The notes: generated by a model not told the origin, from the sequence alone. Positions 13,463 to 26,935 are shown, numbered from the stretch's first letter. The stretch is 64,000 nucleotides of DNA from Lingula anatina (GCA_051362555.1 CM120647.1:3100001-3164000), one strand, 5' to 3'. Numbers and translations are program-made.

Positions 13463-15257
13463 GCGTGATGCTTTCCAGAACAGCAACCCCTCAGCTCCCC
13501 CCCCCCCCCCCCCCCCACTCCAGGACTAACAAAACATAAATAGCAACACAAACACCCCCAAAATCTTTTGACATGTGACGGCCACAAGTTTTCATGAAGT
13601 CCCCGATAAAAGGAGGTTTATCGATAATTGAACGAAGCTGCGTCCCGTTTCCCATATGATAATTCGTACACGTTAGGGTTAGTTGAAGTATTGCGGTTAG
13701 TACAGTGTATATGGGACGAATGTCACCTGTACAAAGAAATGGGGAACGGACTACGGTTCCTAGCACACTACCCATCCTGTACACTGTTCTCTTTAAATAG
13801 AAATTATTTGGATACAAGTCACTTGTAAGATTTTACTGTAGTTTAGCGACCTCTTGTTGTGCACGTTCATTTACACCAGTACATGCTGCCGCATAAGTTG
13901 TAATAAATATTAATTTGCACATAACAGGTAATTTAACTTCAGAACGCCTGTCTTTGATAGTGGCATATTTACAGTGATACATGTAGGTCCACCTTTTAAT
14001 ATATCTTAATGGATCACTTATACCCTTATGTTAATATTTAACGAATCATGCAATAGATTATACAACAGATCATCCCTTTATGAACCAGACTCTCTGCTCT
14101 GTTGCCACCATGTCCCTGCCGCAGAGACAGCGTCATGGTTTCATATTTGGTCAACCCTAGGACCTTCTACCCGCGTCCTTGGTCAAACTTACACATGTAC
14201 AATCCTCATTGTCACTTGGAAGGGCTGAAAGCAGACCAGGCAATTAAGTTTGGGGTGTTACTAAAAACAACCTAGTCAAGCAAAGCTAATTAAACGAGTC
14301 GCGTGCACATGCTAGCTATATTCCATTAAAATCAATTTACAAGTCTGATGATCATTTTGCGATCTGTTCAGACTACAATAGGGAAAAACATGTTATTCCA
14401 CATCTGCTGTTTGTTTTTTCATTCTTTTTAGCCCAGTAGGGATACTCAAGTGCTCATAGAGTGACCGAATGCTAACAGATAAGATGGAATATTAGTCTAA
14501 ACGTGGCCCTTTATATGTATAAAGAATAAATAACATTCCAATTTTAGCCAAAAAATGACTTAATAAATAAACAAAAACATAAAATAAATAATAATAAATA
14601 AATAGCAGAAAAATATAATATAAATACATGTAGGGCCTATAGCCTTCAATTTCTTTCTCATTAGCTTGTGAAATGGACATTCCCAAATTGTTTCCCCAAA
14701 TTGTTCCCCAGGGCCTAACTGGCCCAAAACTAAAGTCGTGAAGTGTGCCAATAGTACCAAAGGTGGACGGCATACTTTCTACTACTCTACGGGCCCTGTA
14801 TTGGTTGATCGACTTTATAACTACAGTTAAATTGGTATACTGCTTCAAAGTCAGGGGCCTCAAGTACAGTTATCACTGTAACAAGGTACTCTTTTTTCAT
14901 ATAAATGAGATTCAAGAAATTTGGACAGTTTTGAAATAAGTGTATTCAGTACAAAAAGTTTCGAGTATTTAAAAAAAAGTATTATGATACTCCGGAGAAA
15001 TTATAAGAAAATGATCATATCAGCGCCCTCTATCATTTATCGTTGTCTTCACTAGCACAATATGATGAAATTCATGGACACCGTCACAATCATGTTGAGA
15101 TAGACTCTGAAGTCAAATACTGTGGTATTAACCCTGTTGTAACTCAACTTCCTCTATTCTCCCGGACCATTACATACCTGTCAACATTGACAATTGCCAG
15201 AGAGGGAGATCCCCGCGCACGCCTTACGTCCCCCACACCCACACACACACAACTAAA

Positions 15258-15862
15258 GCAAGGCTGACACTTGCACGATTCTGTGGCACGCATTGGCACG
15301 ATTCGAGTCGTGCCAGTGCGCGAACTAGTCGTAAACTGGTGTGAAGTGTGCGTAAACCCGTCGTGACTGCGTGCCATGTCGGGACGAGAATTTTGAAATG
15401 ATCAAAATTTTGGTCACGACAAAATTTCGCGACCGGGTAGTGAACTATGCGCAAACTGTTCGTGAACTCGTCGTGAACTCGTCGGGACGGTGCAGGAGGA
15501 TGCGTGCCAGTTCGTGGCAGTGCGCGCCCTGCCACGACTGTTACGAACTGCCACGAATAGTTCACGAACAGCTCATGTATATGACAGCCCAAGTCGGTAC
15601 GACACCGTCCGAATCGCGCAAACTCGTCGTGCCAATGCGGGAAGTGCGTAAACTATGCGCAAACTATGCGTGAACTTGTCGTGCCAGTTCGTGTTAATGC
15701 GGACACGCATTCGTAAACTATTCGTTAGTTTGTCGTGAACTCGTCGTGAACTATGCGTGAACTAGTCGGGAACAGTGCGGGAACCTACCACTTCGTGCCC
15801 CAAAATGGCACGACTTGCCACGACAAAATCGGGGCCAAAAGTCGTGCAAGCGTCAGCCTGGC
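15258..15862. mobile_element. Non-autonomous TIR element (Harbinger-like) rich in TCGTG/CACGA motifs
   Basis: TIR AGGCTGACACTTGCACGA / TCGTGCAAGCGTCAGCCT; many internal tcgtg/cacga repeats; TSD not clean. Confidence 0.75.
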
Positions 15863-17112
15863 ATAATTTTTATGTTTTAGAAAGTGACGCCTCGGTTAGA
15901 AATGTGTTGGTACATGTAGCAGTTTGCTTTAATAAAATACTTTGACTATACAAAATGATATAGAAAAATTAAATTGGCAATTAAGAAATGTATTATATTC
16001 CAATTCCAATCTTTCAATGTTTCAAGATTTTTACCGGCTGTTTTACAACTTAGTCATACTAACAGCCTGTTTTAAACAATAATGAAAACAAGTCAATTTT
16101 TGCGCCCCGATATTTCAGTCTCACGTCGTTAGCTTAACTTTTTATGTTACTGGAGCATTTTTGAAATATTGTTGAGATTTCTTTGTGAAGTCTCGAATAT
16201 CCTCACCTCGTAACAAATTCATTTTAATTTAAAAAATAAAATAAAATTATCATTCTGTCCTTCAAGCCGCAATCTGTACTATCTTTAGCCCATTGCCTAT
16301 GTGGACAGTTAGGCAATTCGGCTCATTCATTAGCACTTCTGTTTTATGTTTTCTGGTGTATATTCTGGGTTGTCGCGCAAACAGGCCCAAGTGCATAAAT
16401 GAAAATGTGCAATATTTCGTGTAAGTCGGCAAACATACTTGATGTGAAAATTAATCGCTGACAGTTTGTGTAGATCAAAAATAACAAACTTTGACTCCAA
16501 GTAAATTCTGTCGGCACTTTATGTTCCATTTTTAACCTATTTTAATTTTAGTTCCTTTCCTAGCGTTCACGCTTTGCCAGGTTATTTTCCAGTGCTGCGA
16601 TTTTAGAAATGGCGCTCTTTCTCAATAGACGTCATATTTTAAGTTCATCTTTAGGAATAACTATAGAGCTGAAACATCCGGTGGTTATATAAATTAAAAA
16701 GATAATCTGAACAGGGTTTTATTTAGAGACAAAAGTTGTAAAAGTTTGTATAACCTGGTGTGTTAAAGTTAAAAGACACCAGTAAACACCCAAGCGCTCT
16801 CAAAACTCAATTTCCCCGACTCTCCCAAACCTTTTATACCATCATCATACCCCTCATCATTTTAGTGCCGTTTTATTTCAACATATTTCCTTTTAATCCA
16901 ACTTTCTCTGCTTAAAGGTTCGTCGATATCTAATTTAAGCTAAAATAGCATGTTGTCCTTTCCATTGATTTATTAGGTCATTTCTTAATAAACATTTCAT
17001 CCCTTTCCCCGTCTCGCGTTATGTCTTCACTAACACAATTGGTTGATATTTGTGGAGTCCGTCACAATCATGGTTGAGACAGCATCAAAATCAACACACC
17101 GCAGCCTCTGGC

Positions 17113-17250
17113 TACCCTCTACCAGGGACATAGATTGATTTTTCACTAGATATTCAAAGATGCGCCTCTGTTTAAATAGATGGCTAATCTCTGTACTGTA
17201 AAAGCAAAAATATGTCCACAGCATAATAACTGCGGCCTTGGTAGAGGGAA
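17113..17250. mobile_element. Mutator-like MITE, family TACCCTCTACCAGGG (138 bp)
   Basis: Ends TACCCTCTACCAGGG / CCTTGGTAGAGGGAA; 9-bp TSD GCCTCTGGC / GCCTATGGC; empty-site paralogue near 18810. Confidence 0.82.
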
Positions 17251-18312
17251 GCCTATGGCTCATTTCCCGTATTAACTGAGATTGCTCATTTGAAATGTCT
17301 CCACGGTGAAAGAGAACATATTTTATGTTAGCAACAAAGATTAAGAAAACGAGCGAGAGAAGGAGAGGGAGGGAAAAACAGGTTTATCCGAGACATAAAT
17401 AAAATCGAAAAAAAAATTAATTCAGTTATGAGCAGGAACATCTTTACGGATGATTAAATTTCACACAAATATCATAGAACATATGTCGGAGATTGTTAAT
17501 GTGTGTGTGTGGGGGGGGGGTATCATCATTATTGTCAGAAACTAGTCAATTTCTGGGCAAAAATGCAAAAAATCACACCTGCCATAATAAAAAAGATTAA
17601 AACGGCTATAAACGAAAGCATTAGGTGTAAAGATTTACGTTATACTAAAGCCTAGGTTACATTTTTCACAGACGCCGCACGATGAAATAGAAATTAATTT
17701 TCCGTATTTTTGTACCGTAAGTGTCTATGGACTAGCATGCTTACGTTCGGTACGGGCGCCGTACCATTTCTCCCACATGACCTTGTAGTTAAGTAACGGA
17801 TGCCCCATGAGTAGCATATGGGTAATGCAAGGACACCATACGGACATCGCATGTACCACAAAGGTAACCCAAGATTGGATATTTGAAAAAAATTAACTAT
17901 ATTTGTCGGGGAATTATGCGTGCAATTTCTAAATGTTTTGGTCTTATGTTATATTATGTGATTTCTATATTTATTTATTTATTTATTTTTATGTATATGT
18001 ATGTGTGTGTGTGAAATCGGTCCTTTACACAATTTAAGTTAATTTCCAGGGGTAAATATACTCTGTGTTTATTAATACGTGCTACAACAAAGTCTGAAAA
18101 ATGATGCACGGCGCGTTTCATGGAGCTTTCTGATTTAGAGGTAATTTGTCTCCTTGTTGCTGTATGATATAACCATTAAATAAGCGTGCTGTAACGAGAT
18201 CCGCACATTGATTCCTTTGGTTAACTGTATTTAACTGTATTGTATTCACAGCCACGTGTATGTGAGTGTTACTGATATACAGCCCTTGCCAGTAATTATT
18301 ATTATTGCCTTC

Positions 18313-18400
18313 TATACTACAACTACTCTTACTACTACTACTACTACTACTACTACTACATCATATAGTCCTACTACACTGTACTACAACTACTACATGT
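18313..18400. repeat. (CTA)n microsatellite
   Basis: Run of ctactacta with degenerate flanks. Confidence 0.85.
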
Positions 18401-18674
18401 ACTGGTTCTACAACTTACACCGCTCCACAGGTGTGCTGATGTGAGTTTTCAGAAATCTCTTAGACTCAACGTGCTGTCGGGGACAACTTGAGGATATCTG
18501 TTCCCTGTGAGGTAGGTCGACTGTTGTAACGAACTGATATTTTTGTATATCTCCCTTCCTCTCTCCTACATCCATCCCCGTTATCCACCCCCCCCCCCAC
18601 TCCACCACATTCCCCTTCAAACACTCCAATCATTGAAATGCACGCACATGCAATCTGCCGTACACCACAAGAGG

Positions 18675-18708
<34 letters not shown>

Positions 18709-19814
18709 ACTTCTCGTCTTACGTCCAGTCTTCACTAACACAATGGGGTGATATTTGTGGAGTCCGTCACAATCATGGTTGAGACAGTATCAGAAGCGAA
18801 ACACCGCAGTCTAATGGCACATTACCCTTATTAAAACAGATTGTTCAATTTAAGTATACAGTATGTATACTTACAAATTGGTTGGTGTTCGTTTCTCGAA
18901 AAATAGACTTCGTGTTTGGATTAAAACAGGTGTGAAATTGTGAACTTTCATGCATGTTTTCAATACTATATAAAATTGAAACACCGACCTTGGTCTCTGA
19001 ATATTAGAGAACTGTTCTTTATGTTGTTTGCGCAGCCTAGATCAATTAAGAGATGTGATCACGTTTTATTAAAACGCAAGATTGAATATTGGTGTGTATC
19101 AGCGGAAATTTAAGTTTTGTTTCCATGTCTGTTTCAGATAACGTTTAGTTCACGATCCCAGCGACAGATAACCGCAGCTTTGGGATCATGTCCATGGATT
19201 CTGCCTTCAACTTGTCCCAAACCACGCTGTGTATCTACCAAGGAAATCACTGTCGAAACGCACGGAAAGCTTCATTTGCACATACGCTGTACAAAATTTT
19301 ATTGAAACTGCTGCCATAAATGATAGAGTTGATAAGTCAACTTAAATTTCTTAATCTTTGTCTTCCCAAAGAAATTTCATGGACGTATTATTTGAAAAAA
19401 AGCTTCAAATTTTCTTTTTCATCCTCGTCTTTAGATAATCTTGGAGCTCAAAAATCTATCCAGGTAATCAGGATCCCCTCCCCCTTCCTGGACATTCCCC
19501 CTGTAATGAACATAATAATGAGAATGAAAATGTCATATTGAGAAAAATTATAAATGCCTGCTTTTAATAAAAAATTCTGTCTTCAGGCAGAGGTGGGTAA
19601 ACAAGAAATGTTTTAATGGAACAGATGTATAATATAGATAATTCAAAACCAGAGTATTTTTTCTGAGAAAGAGGGGGGTGTCTTGGGGGAATTGTTCGGG
19701 GTGGGGGATGTCTTGAAGGGATTGTCCGAGAAACATGTAAACAGCCAAGACTGACCCATTGCCATCATTAAAAAGTCAAGTCCTGATGTGTAGAGTGTGT
19801 ATTGACCCCACCTT

Positions 19815-20004
19815 GTCCCTGCCCCCCCCCCCCGGGCCATCTCCACGTCCCTGCCCCTCCCCACGGCCTTCTCCGGGTCCCTGTCCCTCCCCATAGCCTT
19901 CTCCACGTCCCTGCCCCCCCCCCCCCCCGGGCCATCTCCACGTCCCCGGTCCCTCCCCGCAGCCTTCTCCGCGTCCATGTCCCTCCCCACGGCCTTCTCC
20001 ACGT
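19815..20004. repeat. GC-rich ~30-36-bp minisatellite (about 6 copies)
   Basis: Unit like gccttctccacgtccctgtccctccccacg with variable poly-C. Confidence 0.85.
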
Positions 20005-23000
20005 GAGGTACATAGTTGTTCATCTTTAATGTGCCATTTCTACACTAGGCGAGTACAGTTGTGTGAACTAAGAATGGAGAAAGTTCGGCATTGCCTGCTG
20101 AATTTTCTTTGTAGGGGGTCTAAATGCAATCAGATAATGCCAAATCTTAAAAATATTCTTTGTTTCTTTTAATTTAAGAAAATGCAACATATGAGTAGAC
20201 TCCCCCCCCCCCCCCCCCTTGTGTCAGCTATGTGCAGCACATCGTTCTCCAGCGCTCTCCTGACGCATAGGAAAATGTTGTAGTTGAGAACAAATATCCC
20301 TATGTTATTACACCGTTTATTTCATCTTTGGTACTCGCGACAAAAACCAAAATGCGCTTGGATATCCACAGGGGCGTTGGCTGAAATCACTGAAGCTGAT
20401 CATGGCCTACATATACATGTACACTAGCTGCCAGGTTATTTGTGACGCTTGTGGAGTTCTTTTCTTCTTGTGGACTGACTACAGGGATATCCAGAGGAAA
20501 AGAAAGGAAGAAAGGCTAACACGTCAGGTTAATTGCACCTTAATTGGATCCTCCAGTGATGGTGATGAAAATATAAATGAATAAGACACCGATTATTTTG
20601 AAACGGTGTCACTTAATGTTCCACTTTCCGAAGACAAAATCCGAATCTCAACGATTTTAGGTATCAGTACCCATAATCGGGTTCGTAGCCATGTTGGGTG
20701 GGTGGGTCGAGCTTTTCGAAATAACTCTGTTTGCTGGGAAAATGTCCTATCTGGATAAATTTGGTCCATTTGCACAACAGCCCGGAATTCGATACAATTT
20801 ACATAGGTACAAGCAGAGTTGCTCCAGTCTTTTTTTGTCTCATCACAAATAAAATGTTTTTTTGACCGATATGGTTTTTTAAAAAAAGACCCTCTTTATA
20901 ATTTTATCTTCTGGGCCATAGGCTAGCTGAGGAAAATGCTTGGTGTAGCGGGAGTAGGCCTACAGTAAATATGCGCAGGTTGGCGGTTATTTGTACCGCC
21001 TGTGGTACACATAAAAACGCCTACTGGAAGAAAAATAAGACACTTTTATGGACTGTATAAACGGAAAATACTTCAACTTTATTAAGATCCTCTTTTCCCC
21101 ATATTTCTCTGCCCTTCCCAGAACGCGTTTTGTACTGTGTACCCTTTTTTTGCATTTTATATACAATACACTGTTGATCAGATATAAGGAAAACTACAAC
21201 GAAATATTTATTTTTAATATTCTTTAAATATATTGTGAATTTGAACGACACACACACTAACACTGGGAGATCAAGATAAATTATACTCTGCAAATTAAGA
21301 ATGACAAACCATGAACTGATAATAAAAACCGGGAGTTAGAACAATATTGCCAGAAAAAAAATGTATTTTTTTTGCTATTATTTCAAGACAAATTCGGTTA
21401 TTTACATGGTGTAAGAAGTTATTTATTAAACGATCTTAAGTTACCATTTAGAATATACTTTTGGACTTAGTACAGTAAGGACTGGGTGACTGGTAAAATA
21501 TTGTATGAACAATAGCTAAAATTTAAAGTAGCCTAAGACCCGTGCTCTAACTTAAAGCCAGTGCAGCTGTTTAAAAACATGTAGGGCCTAATGTAATTTG
21601 TTGGCAATGAAAAAATACACTTCAAAAATAAGTATTATTGAATTAATAGGCCTATTGTAGTGTCAGAAGCATTTATACTTGAAATGTTCTGAAGCTAAGA
21701 AAAGTATGCCATTAAAATTTATATAAAAAACATTACCAGCACCGGTCTGCCGCTAGGTGGTTTAAAAAAAACCCGGAAGTTATAGATTTTTGAAATGGGA
21801 AATTTTTTTGATTTATAGGATGTCAGAAAAGGTGGAATATCTTGGCTATTAAGGGCATAAGAGTTTCGTTACGTACGGAAATTTAACTTTATCTCCAGTG
21901 CTTGCATTCTTAGAGAACAGGTCGGAATTTTAAATTACAGCAAGTTGTGGCAAATTTATTCAGCTTCATGTCAATGTAAACATGTAAGGAACTTTACCTT
22001 CATCCAGCACTGGCACAAATCAATTCACAGCAGAGTATGCAGAAAAAAGTCGTACTTGCAATATCCACGTGCCAGCCTCGTTTTGACTTAGTACATTCTA
22101 ATCTAGCTTCGTTTTGGATTATTCTTCGCACAATATTGTCTATATTGAGAAACAAAACTTGCACAGGAAGAATGGGAAAAATGAAAATATAATTATCTCA
22201 TTTTTTTCTTTGTAAATAAGCATTTATCTATTACACGAGGCGGATTGATGAGTTTCTTTTTATGAAAAGACAAATAAAAAACAAATGAGTACTTTTTATC
22301 AATTGACTCAATTTATAAATTTTTTACATATGAGCAACTTTTATAACACGAGTCAACAAAGTATCAATATTGTGACAGCCAACAGGGATTAAAGCTTTGC
22401 AAATATACATGCAGATTTGTGACAAAAAGAGTTGTTTTTTATTTTCGCAACATTGATATGGTGATTTATTTTACACATCTAAATCAGTACATATACAGTT
22501 AGCCAACAAACACACCACCCACTTTTAACAAATAATATTTTATAAATTTACCCAAGGTCAGCAGTTATTCCTGTACCAAGTTATTCCTGTACCAATCCAT
22601 ATTTTGTCTTTATAAGAATAATTTTTTGTCTACAAGCCACGTCATGTATGCAAAAGCTTGCACATTAAACTTAATATACCCTACTTTTGGTGCATGGTTC
22701 AAACCTACCCGTAAAATAATATGACTAACTAGTTATATTGATGATCAATAAATATTATTATTATTAGCATCAGCTAGCACAGCACAAAAATATTTTCCAT
22801 CTCTTAAAAGAATGTCAGAGGTTGTGACGGTGCTCAATGCTACACAGCATTTGGAAATGATAGGTGCTTCTGTCATAATAATTGCAGGCCAAGGAATGGC
22901 AAAATGATTAATCCTGGTCCCATTCATGTTCTTCAAGCCTAGAAAAATATCAAATTAAAAAGTAACATAAAAACACTTTTCTAACTGCAAATGTCTTTCC

Positions 23001-25609
23001 ACACACACAACAACACGCACACTAAAATCAATATAAATAATAAATCACTATCTTGGTAATAAAGCTGGTAGAAAATTCAAACTGGGGTACATGTCTACAA
23101 ACTACAGTGTTCACAACTATCACACTAATTATTGTACTGGTACATTTTGTTTCACAAAATACACAACATTTCTAACTTAAAACAAAGGAATAGTTTAACA
23201 TATATCAGGTTTTTATATCATGAAACAATTTTCTTTCATAAACTAATAAGCAATGTGTACGCAGGTGTGTGTGTATGTGTGTGTGTGTGTATGTGTGTTT
23301 GTTTGTGTGTTATTTTTCGAATAGTATTTTAAGTTCCTTTGGCACATTAAGAAAATAAGTTTTCATGTGAAATATGACCCATTATTCAGTCACACAAGGT
23401 GAAATAAAGATCAGAAAAGATCATTAAAATGCAAGGTCACGTGATCAAATCTCTTTGGTTCTGCCCAGCCTCCAGCATCCCCAGTCGCTCTTCCAGTGTC
23501 AGACTTGGCATCACATTACTTTTTTGTCATGTGTCATACTGAATCTGGTGACTGCCTTAAATAGGCTTAATTAATCACTATATATTGAACCTGATTAATT
23601 CACACTAATCACGAAACAGAAAAAACACATAATTTTGTAACAGCTGACCACAAAATCAATGAAGTGGAAATTTTAAACATCCGAGTGGTCAGCCCACTCT
23701 CATTTGACCAAATACGTGCATCTGTACTCGTTTATATGGTTGGAATCAATTCTAGGTAAAAGTACAAGAGTACAAAAGTACAAGAAAGTTTTCTGATGCA
23801 TTTTCATCGACTGTCAGTATATAAACCTCATTGGAAATATCGCAAACCACCAAGTTACAGGTTTGGTCAGTGCTCAAAAATTTTATATGTTCAAAAATGA
23901 ATGTCAAACTATGGAAAAACCTGAACAGACAAAGGAAAAAGTCCATCTACATTTGGCACAATTCAAAAACACAGTTACAATGCCGCTTTGTGTGCGGCCA
24001 TTTTGGAAGACGAATTCCTTTGGGGTATAAGATGTAACTGAAGCATATGCTGTATCGTCTTTTTGAATTTATTAGTATATAAATCAACTGGTCATTGTAT
24101 AAACATATGTACATCTTACCTGTCTCAATGCCTTCTTCTCCCACCATTTTTTCTTAGAGCTATCTGCTCCCTTTTTGAAAAGGCCAAATCTAATATTTTC
24201 CTAAGTAACTGTCATATGAGCCAGTGGCTCCCGGGCTATACTAAAACTGCATTTCATTTCAAACAAAAAATACTTGCAATAATTGCTTCCTTCCATGCTT
24301 CCCTTCACTGTTTGGAGATTGTTAAAGAGAAATAAACTAAAAATCCACAGAAGTGTTTCTAAACACTCGAATTACAAAAATGCTCAACAGAAGACTGTAC
24401 CCAAGTGGTATAAAAAATAATCAATTTGAATAGGATGCCATCTACATGTACATCTTCACTACAGTACCAATATGTGTTAAATAGTGCAAACTGCCATTTC
24501 ATACTTTACCCAGGAAATGACAAAGAAAACAACCATCAATATGTTCCTTTCAATGATAACTATTCTAAGTTTATTCATTACTGCAAGCAAAAAAACCCCA
24601 AAAAAACAGAAAAAGGCTTTGTAAAAGACTAAATTATGCAATGTAAGCAATAAACAAACTTTATGATCAAGATATATATTGGTCTATATGAGCATCACAA
24701 TATTAAGTGAACTGTTCATTGTTCATATATATATACTAGTATATGTCATAGAGGCAAACTGCCCACATAAGATCACAAAAGATATGAAGAGCTGTACTCT
24801 GTGACCATCAGGATCACTCAGTTTCACACTTAAGTGCAGATTCATATTTAAGAGTACACGAGGAAAATTTTTATTTCAACCAAAACCAGGCTGCATGAAA
24901 ACTACCAAGAGCTAATAAGTTGATGTGTTTTTTACAAATACAAAATCTGCATTTCATTGGAGGAATATAAACAGGAATATTAACAGTATAGTATAAACAG
25001 TATATCGCTTCTGGTACTATCTGGTACCATTTATGATTCAGATGAAGAAATGCCTTTAATAATTTTGTTCTCAGTTGAAAATGCATACTACATATTAAAT
25101 ATTAATTTTAAACCATTTGTAATATTTTCACTGCACTCTCTATTGACGGATTACTTGCAGTTAAGTAAGGTGGAAAGGATAACACGTGGCTTTGTTTGCT
25201 GGCTGCTGCTGTCAGGTAGCAGGCCTGTAGCCAGGGGGGTTCAGGGGTTTGAAAGAACTGCCCTTTTTGTCAGAAAAAGGTCCATTCTGGGATACTCTGC
25301 CACAGGTGTACTGGTAAGACATCTAGACATGAATCACTGGATGACATGAATCACTAATTAATCCTGAATGACAGGTCTATACCAGTTCTCTTGCTGCCTT
25401 GTAACCACTCCCTGAAAAATGCACAACAGATAAAACTGATTTTAATAAAATGTGAAACAACCAAAAGGTTCAGGCTATTGAGAGTTCAGGTACACACTTT
25501 GAAAATGCCAGAATAAGAAAAATGAAAATATTTCAAAAATATTATAAATTTAATGAAAAAAAGATAATCCTATAGAACTGGTTTTCTAATTTGAGCATCA
25601 CAGGATAAC

Positions 25610-25760
25610 CAAGGCTGCAAGCAGCATGGCAGGACAACAGAGACTGCCAAAACATGGCAAGACAAGTGTGACTGCCAGCATCATGGCAGGACAACTGAAA
25701 CTTCCAGAACATAGCGGGACAACCGAGACTGCTAGCTGGATGGCTTCAATGGCAGCCATT
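25610..25760. repeat. Diverged outlier of the 28/29-bp TGGCAG...CTGCCA satellite
   Basis: catggcaggacaacagagactgccaaaa-type units, about 4-5 copies, same monomer as 39380-42710. Confidence 0.85.
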
Positions 25761-26712
25761 GTAATCCTTTCAGAATGGGAGTTATATGATGTGCACTATT
25801 GCACTTTATTTGACAAACCAGTTTTGCAGCCGAGTTTTGAATAACTTGTAATTAATTTTTTTAATCTGATAGTCACATGTACCAAAGAGGAGACTTGCAG
25901 TAATCTTATCTTGATGATTTTTTAAAATGTATTTACTAATTTTTCAGTGGTTCTGTTATAAAACAACACTTTTCTTACTTTTCCAATGTGCATAAGATGC
26001 TGATTTACACACTTCAGATACATGCTTCCCCACACAGTGCCATTTTCATTGAGGGCAACTACCAGATCTTTTACAGAACTAGATGGTTTTATAAGAACAT
26101 CTATGCAAATGTTGGCATTGGCTGCATTTTTCCTATTTGCTTTGAACCTTGATGTAAACTACCCTCTACCAGGGCACAGTATTCATTCTAGGAATGTTTC
26201 AATATGGGACAAAGGGCCCCTATCATAAAAAGAAGTGGGTCATTACATTTTGAAGTGGGCCCTTTTTCAAATCTTTAAATAATAATATGTAACACGTGTT
26301 TTACTGCTGTGGTTTTAATATTCAGAGATGAAAAATACTTTATATCATAAAAATAATATTTTGACTTGCAGGTTCACATTCAATAGGTTATCCCAACTTT
26401 CTAAAATAAGAGACTTCACGCTCGAAATTTTGTTTACAAATATAAGTTTACACTGAAATATGTTGATGATTCTTTCACCAATAACCAAATTCTTACTAAA
26501 ACAAGATTTTAAAACCATTTTTGGCTTCAATTTATAACAAGGCAGCAAAGCTGTCATATGTACAGACAAAAAACAAAAAAAAGCACAGGAAATAGGATAC
26601 TGTCAATTTTGATGCATTAATGTATTATGGTTACTGTAACTGCATAGCCAACATCAAATTCTAATTCTGCATAACACTGAATTAGGATGAAAGTAAAATG
26701 TGTAACAAGCAT

Positions 26713-26935
26713 TAGACCGAGTTCCCATACCTAGATCAATCTAACAGGATAAATCCAACTCCAAGGGGTTTCTCACTAAATTGCTTTCAGTTTAAGCGGC
26801 TTAGGATTCTGGCATGCCAGTTTCAGTAGGCGTGACAGACAGCTTAGCCACTTACATTGATTGCAATTTAGCGAGAATTCCCTTGGAGAAACATCGATCC
26901 ACAGTTTGCGTGATAGGGTCTGGAAATAGTCCCTA
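26713..26935. mobile_element. Palindromic TAG...CTA MITE (possibly Crypton-like)
   Basis: Insertion relative to the paralogous site tgtaacaagcataagg near 30733; internal dyad tccaagggg..ctaaattgc / gcaatttag..cccttgga. Confidence 0.65.

Noticed and set aside
8250-13685. GTTAGGGTTAG as telomeric or interstitial telomere sequence
   Set aside because: Only about two units at each of two sites, embedded in a dispersed repeat
17650-18115. Harbinger-like MITE
   Set aside because: Putative TIRs too degenerate and no TSD; plausible but unsupported
19643-20029. Gly/Arg- or Pro-rich ORFs
   Set aside because: Translations of the GC-rich minisatellite with frame-breaking poly-C
19157-20738. CCCAGC...GCTGGG as a CACTA TIR pair
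   Set aside because: Short match, no TSD, no subterminal repeats
20402-20775. Possible coding exon in a mildly GC-richer patch
   Set aside because: Stops in all frames, no recognisable domain, no consistent splice sites
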